From positions 1 through 63,496 of the forward strand of contig CAYMXQ010000002.1 of NCBI GenBank assembly GCA_964394495.1: a DNA stretch of 63,496 bases, in the 5' to 3' direction. Each line of letters starts with the position of its first letter. Position 1 is the stretch's first letter. Shown here in pieces: positions 35,173 through 44,310 of the stretch. Source of the DNA: Candidatus Hadarchaeota archaeon. Lineage in GTDB: Archaea; Hadarchaeota; Hadarchaeia; Hadarchaeales; Hadarchaeaceae. The position numbers and the translations under genes were made by a program. Under the pieces are notes generated by a model. The model did not search any database. It was not told the DNA's origin and saw only the letters and a list, made by a program, of their open reading frames with translations.

Positions 35173-36120
35173 GTGGGTAGGAAATACGACGTGTTCGGGA
35201 TTGGGACCGCGCTCGTGGATTATTTCACACAGTCCACAGATGAGTTCTTGGCGAGAAACGGTCTGATAAAGGGCGCCACAAATTTCGTACCCCGCGAAAA
35301 ACTTGATGATCTACACGCTGAACTTTCGGACTCGGTATTCACGTACCTCCCTGGAGATAACGCGCGTAACGTGTGCGAAGGAGTCCGTTTCCTAGGAGGG
35401 AAGGCCGCGTACGCAGGTCGTGTAGCTAGGGACAAAGACGGTGAAATCTTCGAGAAAAGCTTGCGAAGTCAGGGCATAAACTCCTTCTTGGAAAAAAAGC
35501 CGGGTCGTACCGGTAAGATTATCGCGTTCATAACGCCAGACTTCCAACGCACGTTCGCGGCAGACCTCGGAAACGGCGTGGAGTACGACGCCTTGCCAGC
35601 TGATGGCGTAAAGGACTCAAATTTTCTATACCTTACGTCGATAACCCTCCTCAAAGAGGGCAGGGTTTCCAAAAGCGCGCGCGAGGCCATGAAGTTCGCG
35701 AAAGACAATGGCGTGCGCATCTCAATCTCGCTTGAGAACCCGCCCATGGTACGTGAGAACAAAAACAAGCTGCGCGAGGTCATCCGTGAATCAGATGTAC
35801 TGTTTACGAACGAGGATGAGCTTAGAGCCCTCACCGGCTCGAAAGAGGAGGACGCGGCGCTAAAACTCGCAGAGGATGCACCGACAGTTTATTTGAAAAA
35901 AGGAAAAGCCAGTTCTGTCGTCTTTTCGCGCGGTGAGCGGTTCTCAATCCCCACATGTCCCGCAAAAGTCGTGGATACAACGGGGGCCGGTGACTTTTAC
36001 GCCGCCGGAGCCCTGTTCGCACTTAGCCGTGGGCAATCTATCGAAGCGGCGGGACATCAAGGTGCAAAGCTTGCAGCAAAGGTAATAGAAAAATTCGGCG
36101 CGACGCTGTACAAAGACTAG
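35173..36120 (+). CDS. PfkB-family carbohydrate/nucleoside kinase
   Basis: 315 aa. N-terminal GIGTALVD and the C-terminal DTTGAGD motif. Confidence 0.85.
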   Translation: MGRKYDVFGIGTALVDYFTQSTDEFLARNGLIKGATNFVPREKLDDLHAELSDSVFTYLPGDNARNVCEGVRFLGGKAAYAGRVARDKDGEIFEKSLRSQGINSFLEKKPGRTGKIIAFITPDFQRTFAADLGNGVEYDALPADGVKDSNFLYLTSITLLKEGRVSKSAREAMKFAKDNGVRISISLENPPMVRENKNKLREVIRESDVLFTNEDELRALTGSKEEDAALKLAEDAPTVYLKKGKASSVVFSRGERFSIPTCPAKVVDTTGAGDFYAAGALFALSRGQSIEAAGHQGAKLAAKVIEKFGATLYKD

Positions 36121-36185
36121 TCACGGCAAAATATCAAGCGCAACATTTAATCGCTGAACTTTTCAAATTATTAAACGGGAGTGGA

Positions 36186-36356
36186 ATGGGCAGAGTCACA
36201 GGTGTTTGTGTCATGTGCGGGCATGTAGGCACCGAGGTCTACAAGTGTGGCGTGTGCGGAGCCACTGTTTGCTCCAGCTGCTTCATGCGCGACATCAACG
36301 TCTGCAAGAGGTGCCTTCGTAAAGGGCTCTGGGTGAGCGACTCAGGCCCAAAGTGA
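36186..36356 (+). CDS. Small 4xCxxC zinc-ribbon protein (56 aa)
   Basis: MGRVTGVCVMCGHVGTEVYKCGVCGATVCSSCFMRDINVCKRCLRKG... carries four CxxC pairs. ATG at 36186. Too short for the ORF track. Confidence 0.5.
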   Translation: MGRVTGVCVMCGHVGTEVYKCGVCGATVCSSCFMRDINVCKRCLRKGLWVSDSGPK

Positions 36357-36381
36357 GTTTTGACTCCCGACGGCGATAACT

Positions 36382-36780
36382 TTGCTTACAAGTGAAGCAC
36401 TAGAAGATTTTGAAGAATTGATCGCCGAGTTAAAAGAACAGGCCTTGGCCGGGGTTCCAATCATAGTCGAGGGAACCGATGATGTACGTACATTAAAGAG
36501 ACTAGGAATCGAGGGGAGATTTCACAAGATATCTAGCGGGAAATCAGTTCTGAACTTCATCGAGGGGCTATCCGGCGCAAAAGAGGCCATCATCCTCACC
36601 GACTTTGACCGCACAGGCGAAAGGCTGGCGAAATTCTGCGCCAAGCACCTCAAGCAGCTCGGCGTTGAACCAGTCACCGAAATCAGGGAAAAGATTGGGG
36701 CGCTGGTCCACAAGGAGGTCAAGGACATAGAGGGGCTCGCTAAATTCCTTGAAAATCAGCGCACCACGTCTAGAGGCTAG
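36382..36780 (+). CDS. Small Toprim-domain protein (UPF0292-like)
   Basis: 132 aa. IIVEGTDDV (Toprim Glu) and ILTDFDRTGE (DxD) motifs. Confidence 0.75.
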   Translation: MLTSEALEDFEELIAELKEQALAGVPIIVEGTDDVRTLKRLGIEGRFHKISSGKSVLNFIEGLSGAKEAIILTDFDRTGERLAKFCAKHLKQLGVEPVTEIREKIGALVHKEVKDIEGLAKFLENQRTTSRG

Positions 36781-37391
36781 CTTTCAGTGACTTTTACCTG
36801 CGAGAGAAACTTGCGGACCAGAGGACGTTTTATACCAGTGGACAGGAGCTTCCGCTCGATTTCCTTGTCGGTCTTCCCTTGCTTTTTCAGCTTTAGATAA
36901 ATCCTCTTCATAGTTTCAAAAATCTCGTGGGGGAAGCAGACCCACGCGTCAGTCTTCCGCACGACGAAATCAGGAGTTACAATCGACCACGGCTTTTGAT
37001 ACAACGTGCATATTTTGACATTGGCCGCACCCAGCTCGAGCAGATGATTCTTAACGAGCTTGAGGCTGTTTCCAGAATCGGCGATGTCGTCCACGAGGAG
37101 GACGTGCTTTCCTTTTACGTCGACTGTCAGAGGTTGGGTTATCTTGGGTTTGGAGCGGGTCTTGTAGATGTCGACGTAGTACTCCACCTTTATGGTCGCG
37201 ATTTTTGGGTTCTCGAGGAGGTCGGACAAAATCCTTCCAGGCACCCATCCACCACGGGAAATCGCGACTATCAATTTAGGCCTGTATTTGCTGCGCTTTA
37301 TCTTGTCCGCGGCCCTGATGCACATGTCATAGACATTGTCCCAGCTAGGGGCCTCGTACTTCTCAGGTCTTTGCGGCGATTTCATCAACAC
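36777..37391 (-). CDS. Purine phosphoribosyltransferase (Hpt/Gpt-like)
   Basis: 204 aa with the PRPP-binding motif VLLVDDIADSGNS. Confidence 0.85.
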   Translation of the reverse strand: MLMKSPQRPEKYEAPSWDNVYDMCIRAADKIKRSKYRPKLIVAISRGGWVPGRILSDLLENPKIATIKVEYYVDIYKTRSKPKITQPLTVDVKGKHVLLVDDIADSGNSLKLVKNHLLELGAANVKICTLYQKPWSIVTPDFVVRKTDAWVCFPHEIFETMKRIYLKLKKQGKTDKEIERKLLSTGIKRPLVRKFLSQVKVTES

Positions 37392-37474
37392 ACGGTTTTC
37401 ACTATGTTGCTCAATCCTTTAAATTTTCGAATTGGCGTCCCCATCTAGATTAGACTTAGCCAGCAGTTTTAAAT

Positions 37475-37494
37475 ATATGAATGCACGTTCATAT
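37475..37494. promoter_or_regulatory. Inverted repeat ATATGAA-N6-TTCATAT between the TATA-like box and the acr3 start; candidate ArsR operator
   Basis: Perfect 7-bp arms. Overlaps the end of TTTTAAATATA (37467-37477) and ends 10 nt before the acr3 ATG at 37505. Confidence 0.45.
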
Positions 37495-37504
37495 GAGATA
37501 GACT

Positions 37505-38554
37505 ATGAAAAACAAAAAACATGAGCTGGCGTTCTTTGAGAAGTACATGTCAATATGGGTAATAATCTGCATAGCGTTAGGGGTAGCCATCGGCAAGCTT
37601 CTCCCTGTATTCCCACAGACGCTGAGCAAATTCGAGTACGCAAATGTATCCATCCCTGTCGCCGTCCTCATCTGGCTGATGATTTACCCCATGATGATGA
37701 AAATAGACTTTGGGTCGGTTGTCGCAGCCGGGAAAAAACCGAAGGGACTGGTGATAACCTGGGTTGGGAACTGGGTGATAAAGCCGTTCACCATGTACTT
37801 AATCGCGCTGTTCTTCCTCACGATAATTTTTTCCGCGTGGATCCCAGCGGCTCTGGCAAAGGACTACTTGGCTGGCGCGATTCTGCTGGGCGCAGCTCCG
37901 TGTACTGCGATGGTCTTCGTATGGAGCTACCTGAGTGGGGGTGATCCCAACCACACTTTGATACAGGTCGCGACCAACGACTTGATCATACTCCTCGCCT
38001 TCGCTCCGATAGTCGGCTTTCTGCTCGGGGTCAGCAACATACCAGTACCTTACGACACGCTGATCCTTTCCGTTGTGTTCTACGTCGTCATCCCATTGAC
38101 AGCAGGGTACCTAACGAGGAGGTACCTGGCAAAGCGTAAAGGAATCGCGTGGCTCGAGACGGTTCTATTCCCGCGGCTACGAAATATCACGATAATCGGA
38201 TTGCTTCTGACCTTGGTCATCCTGTTCTCATTCCAAGGTGATGTGATACTCAACAACCCAGTGCATATACTGTTGATCGCCGTACCACTCGCAATCCAGA
38301 CTTTCTTCATCTTTGGTGTGTGTTATTGGTGGGCGAAGTTGTGGAAAGTCAAATACTCCGTAGCTGCCCCAGCGGCCTTGATAGGCGCCAGCAACTTTTT
38401 CGAGCTGGCCGTGGCAGTCGCAATATCTTTATTTGGTATTTCGTCCGGTGCAGCCCTCGCCACAGTGGTTGGCGTATTGGTAGAAGTGCCTATTATGCTC
38501 GTGCTGGTTAAGATATGTCTGAGGACGAAAAGCATGTTTCCACAGGAGGACTAA
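37505..38554 (+). CDS. acr3: Arsenite efflux transporter, ACR3 family
   Basis: 349 aa, polytopic. N-terminal FFEKYMSIWVIICIALGV and the GAAPCTAMV motif. Confidence 0.9.
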   Translation: MKNKKHELAFFEKYMSIWVIICIALGVAIGKLLPVFPQTLSKFEYANVSIPVAVLIWLMIYPMMMKIDFGSVVAAGKKPKGLVITWVGNWVIKPFTMYLIALFFLTIIFSAWIPAALAKDYLAGAILLGAAPCTAMVFVWSYLSGGDPNHTLIQVATNDLIILLAFAPIVGFLLGVSNIPVPYDTLILSVVFYVVIPLTAGYLTRRYLAKRKGIAWLETVLFPRLRNITIIGLLLTLVILFSFQGDVILNNPVHILLIAVPLAIQTFFIFGVCYWWAKLWKVKYSVAAPAALIGASNFFELAVAVAISLFGISSGAALATVVGVLVEVPIMLVLVKICLRTKSMFPQED

Positions 38555-38556
38555 TC

Positions 38557-38790
38557 ATGTTTGAAAAGATTCTTTATCCAACCGATTTTTCAGAGTACGC
38601 TGAGAAACTTGCGGGAGCCTTGAACGAGCTCAAAAACGCCGGGCTGAAGGAAGTTGTGCTAGTCCATACAGTAGACTTTCGTACGGCAGGGGGGATGGTC
38701 AAGGAAATGCTAGTTGGTTCTGCTTGTGCACATGTTGTCAGGCACACCACAAGGCCCGTTTTAGTCATCAGAAAAGACATTCCAGTCTGA
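38557..38790 (+). CDS. Universal stress protein family, internally truncated (77 aa)
   Basis: The N-terminal ILYPTDFSE..VVLVHTVD runs directly into the C-terminal LVGSACAHVVRHTTRPVLVI, so about 60 residues of a normal Usp fold are missing. AGGAGGA lies upstream of the ATG. Confidence 0.55.
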   Translation: MFEKILYPTDFSEYAEKLAGALNELKNAGLKEVVLVHTVDFRTAGGMVKEMLVGSACAHVVRHTTRPVLVIRKDIPV

Positions 38791-38801
38791 AACGTGAGAC
38801 C

Positions 38802-39086
38802 ATGCCGCGACCAGTAAAAAATCAGCTCGTGTTACTCAAGTGCCTAGCTGATGAGACCCGACTGGAGATTTTGCTGACGTTAAAAGGTGGCGAACGTTGC
38901 GTGTGCGAGATCGTGGATAGGCTGGGAAAGGAGCAGTCTTTGATTTCACATCACCTGCAGTCACTGAGAAAGTGCGGTTTCATCCGAAGACGGCGCAGCG
39001 GAAAAAATATAATGTATCGAATTGTCAATCAGCGTGTACTAAAATTACTTGACAGCATCGATAAACTCCCCAAGAAAATTTGTTAG
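38802..39086 (+). CDS. arsR: ArsR/SmtB-family metalloregulator
   Basis: 94 aa with the CVCEIVDRLGKEQSLISHHLQSLR helix-turn-helix and its CVC metal site. Confidence 0.88.
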   Translation: MPRPVKNQLVLLKCLADETRLEILLTLKGGERCVCEIVDRLGKEQSLISHHLQSLRKCGFIRRRRSGKNIMYRIVNQRVLKLLDSIDKLPKKIC

Positions 39087-39165
39087 CGCGGAAGCTGTGG
39101 CAGATGCATGCGTTTTCGGGCAAATATTGATTTATCCCAGAGCGAACATCAGTTGAGGAGTTTGA

Positions 39166-39627
39166 ATGATGGAGTGGCTGTCATTTTTCATTTCCCTGGT
39201 GCCTTTCCTCGAGTTACGTTTTTCTATTCCATTGGCCCTTTGGTACAACCCCGGTCTCTCCCCCACCACAGTATTCGCGATATGCGTGGCCTTGAACATA
39301 CTAGCTATCCCGGTCGCCTACTTGTTGCTGGATTTCATCCTCCCGCCGATTCGCCGTAGGTCGGGTTTGGTCGAGAGGATGTTCAGGTGGTCCGTGAGGC
39401 GCGCCAAAAGACATCAAAATCTAAGTCTGGTCGGGCTCGCCCTGTTCGTTGGCATCCCGCTTCCCGCTACTGGTGCCTACACGGGCTCCCTCATAGCGTA
39501 TATCGCTGGGCTGGACAGGAAACGCGCTGCATTGGCTATGGCCGCAGGAGTCGTCATCGCGGGCGTGTTGGTCTGGATTTTGACGACTATGGGGATAATC
39601 TTCATCCAAGGGCTGTCGCCGTCTTAA
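39166..39627 (+). CDS. Small multidrug-export-like membrane protein (COG2426 / PF06695-like)
   Basis: 153 aa, 4 TM. Motifs PFLELRFSIPLA and GIPLPATGAYTGS. Confidence 0.7.
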   Translation: MMEWLSFFISLVPFLELRFSIPLALWYNPGLSPTTVFAICVALNILAIPVAYLLLDFILPPIRRRSGLVERMFRWSVRRAKRHQNLSLVGLALFVGIPLPATGAYTGSLIAYIAGLDRKRAALAMAAGVVIAGVLVWILTTMGIIFIQGLSPS

Positions 39628-39819
39628 TTTAATTGTTGTAAATATAACAAGAGAACAACAGCTTTTTAGGACCAGATTGGAATAATAAGAGTCGATCATC
39701 AAATCAAGCCAGAATCACCATCAGGCTCATTCTGGCTTCTATAGGGTGTGTTGCCCTTGGAAGGAAAAAATCTGAAAGACGAAGTAGCCGAAAGGCTAGG
39801 CAAAAAGGAGGTAGCATCT

Positions 39820-40962
39820 ATGCGAGATGATATTGGTACGACCAAGTATCTTATCCACGCTAAAATAGAGGCAAACGGCGTGGTGGAGCGCCCCGATGTC
39901 GTGGGCGCGGTTTTCGGACAGACGGAAGGGCTTCTTGGAGAGGATTTGGACTTACGGGAATTGCTTAAGACAGGTAGAATCGGTCGAATTAACGTGAACA
40001 TCAATTCTACACAAGGAAAGTCCTCAGGCACCATATCCATCCCATCCAGCTTGGACAGGGTGGAGACGGCGATCATAGGTGCCGCACTGGAGACGATTGA
40101 CCGCGTTGGCCCATGCGAGGCCACGATAAAAGTCGATAAGATAGAAGACGTGCGCGACACGAAGCGGAAATTCGTCGTCGAGCGAGCGAAGAAGCTGTTG
40201 GACGCCTTTGAGGAGGTGGCGCTGGAGAGCCAGGAGATAACAAACAGGGTGAAAAACTTGGCGCGGACCGACGAAATCGGCGAGTACATGGGACTCCCAG
40301 CTGGCCCGGGAATTAACGAATCCGACGCCATCATAGTGGTCGAGGGACGAGCGGACGTGCTGAACTTACTACGAGCGGGGATTCGGAACGTCATCGCCGT
40401 TGAGGGGACCAGCGTACCCCAAGCGGTGGCTGATTTGTCGAAGAACAAGATAGTGACAGCATTCACCGACAACGACCGTGGCGGTGACCTAATCTTAAAG
40501 GAACTGCTCCAAGTGGCGAAGGTCGAGTTTGTTGCCCGTCCTCCGCCAGGTCGCAGCGTGGAGGACCTCACCAGGAAGGAGATAATCAAAGTGCTGCGGG
40601 ACAAAGTCCCGATTGAAGAGGCCAGGGCAAAGCCAGCCAAAACCGAGGAGAGAGCCCCAGAGTTCGAGCGGTTGGAGGAGAGTATGAACCGGCTCCGCGG
40701 GACGCTGAAGGCTGTGCTCCTCAACGATCAGATGGAACAAGTCGAGGAATTGCAGGTCAGAGACCTAAGGGATAAGCTCTCGAATGCGTCTGGCGTGAAA
40801 GCGGTGGTCTTCGATGGTGTGGTGACTCAAGAGCTGGCAGATCTCGCGGCTGAAAAGGGCGTCAGCTTCGTCGTCGGGGTACGATCGCGTATCGAGAAGG
40901 CTCCCAAAAACGTGCGAATCATGGCATTGGACGAACTCCGAAGACAGAGATACCAGCGGTGA
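39820..40962 (+). CDS. dnaG: Archaeal DnaG primase-like protein (Toprim; exosome-associated)
   Basis: N-terminal [33 protein letters not shown]. Toprim motifs VVEGRADV and DNDRGGD. The ATG at 39820 is preceded by AGGAGGT; the ORF track's upstream GTG at 39748 is less likely. Confidence 0.9.
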   Translation: MRDDIGTTKYLIHAKIEANGVVERPDVVGAVFGQTEGLLGEDLDLRELLKTGRIGRINVNINSTQGKSSGTISIPSSLDRVETAIIGAALETIDRVGPCEATIKVDKIEDVRDTKRKFVVERAKKLLDAFEEVALESQEITNRVKNLARTDEIGEYMGLPAGPGINESDAIIVVEGRADVLNLLRAGIRNVIAVEGTSVPQAVADLSKNKIVTAFTDNDRGGDLILKELLQVAKVEFVARPPPGRSVEDLTRKEIIKVLRDKVPIEEARAKPAKTEERAPEFERLEESMNRLRGTLKAVLLNDQMEQVEELQVRDLRDKLSNASGVKAVVFDGVVTQELADLAAEKGVSFVVGVRSRIEKAPKNVRIMALDELRRQRYQR

Positions 40963-40966
40963 ACCA

Positions 40967-41419
40967 TCAGAAATAGAGTTCCATCACAACTGCCGTTTCT
41001 CCGTCTTCGTAATAGTAGGGAATCTCTTCCATCCTCTTGAAACTGAGCTTGTAATAAAACTGCTGTGCCTCGATGTTGCTCTTCCGGGACTCCAGCCGTA
41101 TGAGCCTAGCCCCCTTTGCCATGAGGCGGTCCATTACGTGTTTCATGAGCGTCGTCCCGACCCGTTGCCTTCGGAAGAGCGGATCGATGCCGATGGCCAA
41201 GACATGCCCCGTTGCCCCCCACCTGATTACTCCTATCACGTAGCCGACGACCTTTCCGTCGGTCTCCGCAACGAGAAAGCCATCCGGATGCATCACGCGC
41301 AGGCGGTTGAGCAGGCCGAGCGGGTAAGGGTCCTTGAAGCACTTGTATTCGATACATAGTATCGCCTGTAGGTCATCCGAAGTCGCGTCCCTTATGCGCA
41401 CTAACCTTTGGGCCACCAT
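40967..41419 (-). CDS. GNAT N-acetyltransferase (RimI/Ard1-like)
   Basis: Acetyl-CoA motif RRQRVGTTLM. Start taken at MVAQRLVRIRD; the ORF remains open up to 41482. Confidence 0.8.
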   Translation of the reverse strand: MVAQRLVRIRDATSDDLQAILCIEYKCFKDPYPLGLLNRLRVMHPDGFLVAETDGKVVGYVIGVIRWGATGHVLAIGIDPLFRRQRVGTTLMKHVMDRLMAKGARLIRLESRKSNIEAQQFYYKLSFKRMEEIPYYYEDGETAVVMELYF

Positions 41420-41474
41420 GTAAAGTCCCAAACCATGTTTTAAGCGGCAATGGATAAAATCATTTGGGGATTGT

Positions 41475-41870
41475 TTGGTCACGCCTAAAGGCAGAGGTGT
41501 TCGGTTCGAATACCGAGTAGCATATCTCTTCGAGCGTTTCGGCTACTCTTGGGACCGCTCTGGGAGCTCGCTTGGGGTCGACTTGAAGATATCCAAGGGC
41601 GGGCGTCTCAGATACTTGGTTAGTTGCAAAAAAACATCCAAACTTGGGACGATATACCTGCCCCGGAATGAAGTCGAACGGCTCTCAGCTTCGGCTAAAG
41701 AAACCGGAGCCCAGGGAATGGTGTGCTTCGGCTTCCGCCTCACGCCAGTATTTACTCTACCAATCGAGAAAGTCGCTGGTCTAGAAAGCACGAGGCTCTA
41801 CTACAAAATCAACCCTGCAGATGGCAAACCCCTTAAGGAGATTCTGGAAGGGACTTTGGGTGATAAGTGA
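41475..41870 (+). CDS. Hjc-family (PD-(D/E)XK fold) Holliday-junction-resolvase-like protein with a substituted catalytic Glu
   Basis: 131 aa, collinear with Hjc (KG..E.., RSGSS.GVDL, YLVSCKK vs YLCIEVK). The Glu of the ExK motif is replaced (Cys/Ser). Confidence 0.55.
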   Translation: MVTPKGRGVRFEYRVAYLFERFGYSWDRSGSSLGVDLKISKGGRLRYLVSCKKTSKLGTIYLPRNEVERLSASAKETGAQGMVCFGFRLTPVFTLPIEKVAGLESTRLYYKINPADGKPLKEILEGTLGDK

Positions 41871-41894
41871 CTCTTCTAGAGAAGGCGCATAACA

Positions 41895-42947
41895 ATGCGC
41901 GTCGTTCACAAGGATTTAAAGCACGGAAAAATCAAGCTCGCGGTGGAAACGCTTGACGACCTCTGGCACCTCCAGCACATCATCAGCCCAGGCGAAATTG
42001 TCGTATCGTCAACTTGGAGGCGGAATCGGGAGGACGGGGACAAGCTTCGGCCCGAGCGGATGGAGAAGAGGCGCGTGACCCTCTCCATCAGGGTAGAAAG
42101 CGTGGAGTTCCACCAGCACGCCAACCGTCTGCGCCTCTTGGGGACCATCGTAGAGGGACCTGATACGGGTAAACACCACTCGTTCAGCTTTGAGCCGGGG
42201 TCGACGCTCGCAATAGTAAAGGATTGGAAGCCAGACCATCTCGAACGCATCAGAGAGGCCGTCCGCGCGAGTCGTAGGCCGCGCGTCCTAATTGTAGCTC
42301 TAGATGATTCCTCAGCTGAGATGGCGCTTGTCCGCCAGTATGGGTTGGACATGCTTGGGACCATCTCACACTCCAGAGCCGGAAAGCGCTATTCCGTCGA
42401 GCGGGAGGCAGATGAAAAAAAGTTCTTCCACAGGCTGGCGGAGGCGATGAAAGATTTGGTCTCGCGTGAAGATGTCCGAGTCGCAATAGTCGCTGGCCCT
42501 GGGTTCACCAAGGACGCGTTTGTTTCCATCCTGCGTGAGAAAGACCCTGAATTGGCCCGCAGGGTGAGGTGCGATGACGTAAGTTCGGGGGGAAGGGCCG
42601 GGCTTTACGAGATCGTGCGACGCGGGATGGTCGAGCGGGTCTCTCAGGAGGATCGTTTTTCGTATGAAACCTCGCTAGTAGAGAAACTTATGACTGAGAT
42701 AGCGAGGGATGGTCCTGTAACTTACGGGCTGAAGGAGGTCGGTCGCGCGACTTCGATGGGTGCAGTCGAAAAGTTGCTGGTTGCAGACGAACTTCTGAGG
42801 TCTGACCGAGCTGGTTTGGAGGTGACCTTAGAGGGGGTGCGCAGGACGAGGGGAGATGTCGTGGTCGTCAGCACCGAACACGACGCGGGTAAGCAGCTTA
42901 TGTCGATAGGTGGTATCGCAGCGTTACTCCGGTTCAAGATTAAATGA
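41895..42947 (+). CDS. pelA: Pelota/Dom34 mRNA surveillance factor
   Basis: 350 aa. N-terminal KIKLAVETLDDLWHLQHII, central and eRF1-like C-terminal domains. Confidence 0.92.
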   Translation: MRVVHKDLKHGKIKLAVETLDDLWHLQHIISPGEIVVSSTWRRNREDGDKLRPERMEKRRVTLSIRVESVEFHQHANRLRLLGTIVEGPDTGKHHSFSFEPGSTLAIVKDWKPDHLERIREAVRASRRPRVLIVALDDSSAEMALVRQYGLDMLGTISHSRAGKRYSVEREADEKKFFHRLAEAMKDLVSREDVRVAIVAGPGFTKDAFVSILREKDPELARRVRCDDVSSGGRAGLYEIVRRGMVERVSQEDRFSYETSLVEKLMTEIARDGPVTYGLKEVGRATSMGAVEKLLVADELLRSDRAGLEVTLEGVRRTRGDVVVVSTEHDAGKQLMSIGGIAALLRFKIK

Positions 42948-43145
42948 GTGTGAACACTGGCGGGCAGTAGACTCCTGCTTCCGGATCGTCCACAAAAATA
43001 CGGTCCTGTGCGCGTGCGCCATTCAGCTGGGCGTATAGGGAAGGTATGATTTTTGTTAACCCAGTTTAGTATCCGGACATTTACGTGCCAATCGACGTCA
43101 AAAAGTTTATTTGCACTTTGTCTAACCTAAAACAGAAGGTGAACG

Positions 43146-43445
43146 ATGTCCATTCCACCCGAGATAGCTTGGCTCATACCCATTCTCATACCTTTCATCT
43201 TAGGCTTTCTCGTAGGTGCAGTGGTAAAAAAAGCCCTGAAGCTGGCGATGGTTGTAGTTGCTTTGATTATCGTCCTGATCGCAACTGGTGCCTTGAGCCT
43301 GACATTCACCGACCTTTACGATAGGGCGGTGGAGTTCTTACCTAAGATATTTAATGCTGGGAGTGGGTGGATTAATCTCCTACCATATTCTTCCATAATG
43401 TTCTTGGTCGGCCTCGGGCTAGCGATATGGAAGGTTAGAGCCTAA
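43146..43445 (+). CDS. Hypothetical small membrane protein (3 predicted TM helices)
   Basis: 99 aa, hydrophobic. AAGGTGA lies upstream of the ATG. Confidence 0.5.
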   Translation: MSIPPEIAWLIPILIPFILGFLVGAVVKKALKLAMVVVALIIVLIATGALSLTFTDLYDRAVEFLPKIFNAGSGWINLLPYSSIMFLVGLGLAIWKVRA

Positions 43446-43492
43446 CGCCAGATGGGCATTATAGTTATTCGCCTGCGTTCAAAGTTAGTTTT

Positions 43493-44296
43493 ATGAGCGC
43501 GGCACCGATTCGCGGCGCTCCAGCGCTATCCATCAAAGTCGCAGGGGAGCGCATACTCGTCGCGGCTGACTTGCACTTAGGCATCGAGGGCGAGCTTGCC
43601 AAGAAGGGCGTCTCTCTGCCTAGCCAGATCCCAAAGGTGAAAGCAAGGCTCGTCGGATTGATAAAAAAACTGGGCCCAGACCGCTTGATTTTGCTCGGAG
43701 ACGTGAAGCACAACGTTCCCGTCGCCAGCTGGCAGGAGTGGCGCGAGGTTCCAGGGTTCTTCGAGGATTTGAAAGAACTCGTTCAAGTTGACGTGGTCCG
43801 TGGGAACCACGACGGCGGGCTGGAGGGTATGCTGCCTCAGGGCGTGAAAATCCACGAAGCGCATGGGATTGTGCTTGGCAAGCGAAAGAGGATTGGGTTG
43901 ATGCACGGGCACACTTGGCCTTCTCCCGCGCTGCTTGACGCAGAGCTGATCGTGGCTGGGCACAACCACCCCGCGATTGAGTTCCGGGACAAGCTCGGCG
44001 GGAGGACAGTAGAACCTATCTGGCTCCGCGCAAAGCTTGACATCGAAAAGTTCCCGAAAAAACTACAGGCGCATATCAAAGGGACCACACCTAAACTTTT
44101 AGTGATGCCGGCTTTTGGCGAGCTGGTCGGAGGAGCCGCCGTCAATCGCGAGATCCCTGAGGAGCTCATCGGCCCGATGTTCAAGGCGGGCGCCGTTAGA
44201 CTTGAAGAAGCCGAGGCATATCTGTTGGACGGCACGTTTTTGGGCAAAGTTGGCAGCATGAGAGGAAACAGGTATCTTAACCAAAGGGAGAGGTAA
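43493..44296 (+). CDS. Metallophosphoesterase (calcineurin-like; small archaeal SbcD-related family)
   Basis: 267 aa with motifs AADLHLG, GDVKH, GNHD and GHNHP. Confidence 0.8.
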   Translation: MSAAPIRGAPALSIKVAGERILVAADLHLGIEGELAKKGVSLPSQIPKVKARLVGLIKKLGPDRLILLGDVKHNVPVASWQEWREVPGFFEDLKELVQVDVVRGNHDGGLEGMLPQGVKIHEAHGIVLGKRKRIGLMHGHTWPSPALLDAELIVAGHNHPAIEFRDKLGGRTVEPIWLRAKLDIEKFPKKLQAHIKGTTPKLLVMPAFGELVGGAAVNREIPEELIGPMFKAGAVRLEEAEAYLLDGTFLGKVGSMRGNRYLNQRER

Positions 44297-44310
44297 GGAG
44301 GGTGGACTAG

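Noticed and set aside
39708-39736. Inverted repeat GCCAGAAT-N13-ATTCTGGC upstream of dnaG as a regulatory element.
   Set aside because: It is a single 8-bp-arm hairpin downstream of the preceding gene, most simply a transcript-end structure. There is no repeat copy or other supporting feature.
39699-40724. 341-aa minus-strand ORF antisense to dnaG. Similar long antisense ORFs occur at 57183-57896, 60373-61113, 27447-28010, 29061-29786 and 4962-5666.
   Set aside because: They are low-complexity Ser/Thr/Pro/Arg-rich translations lying exactly opposite well-supported genes. This is typical of stop-poor antisense frames in GC-biased coding DNA.
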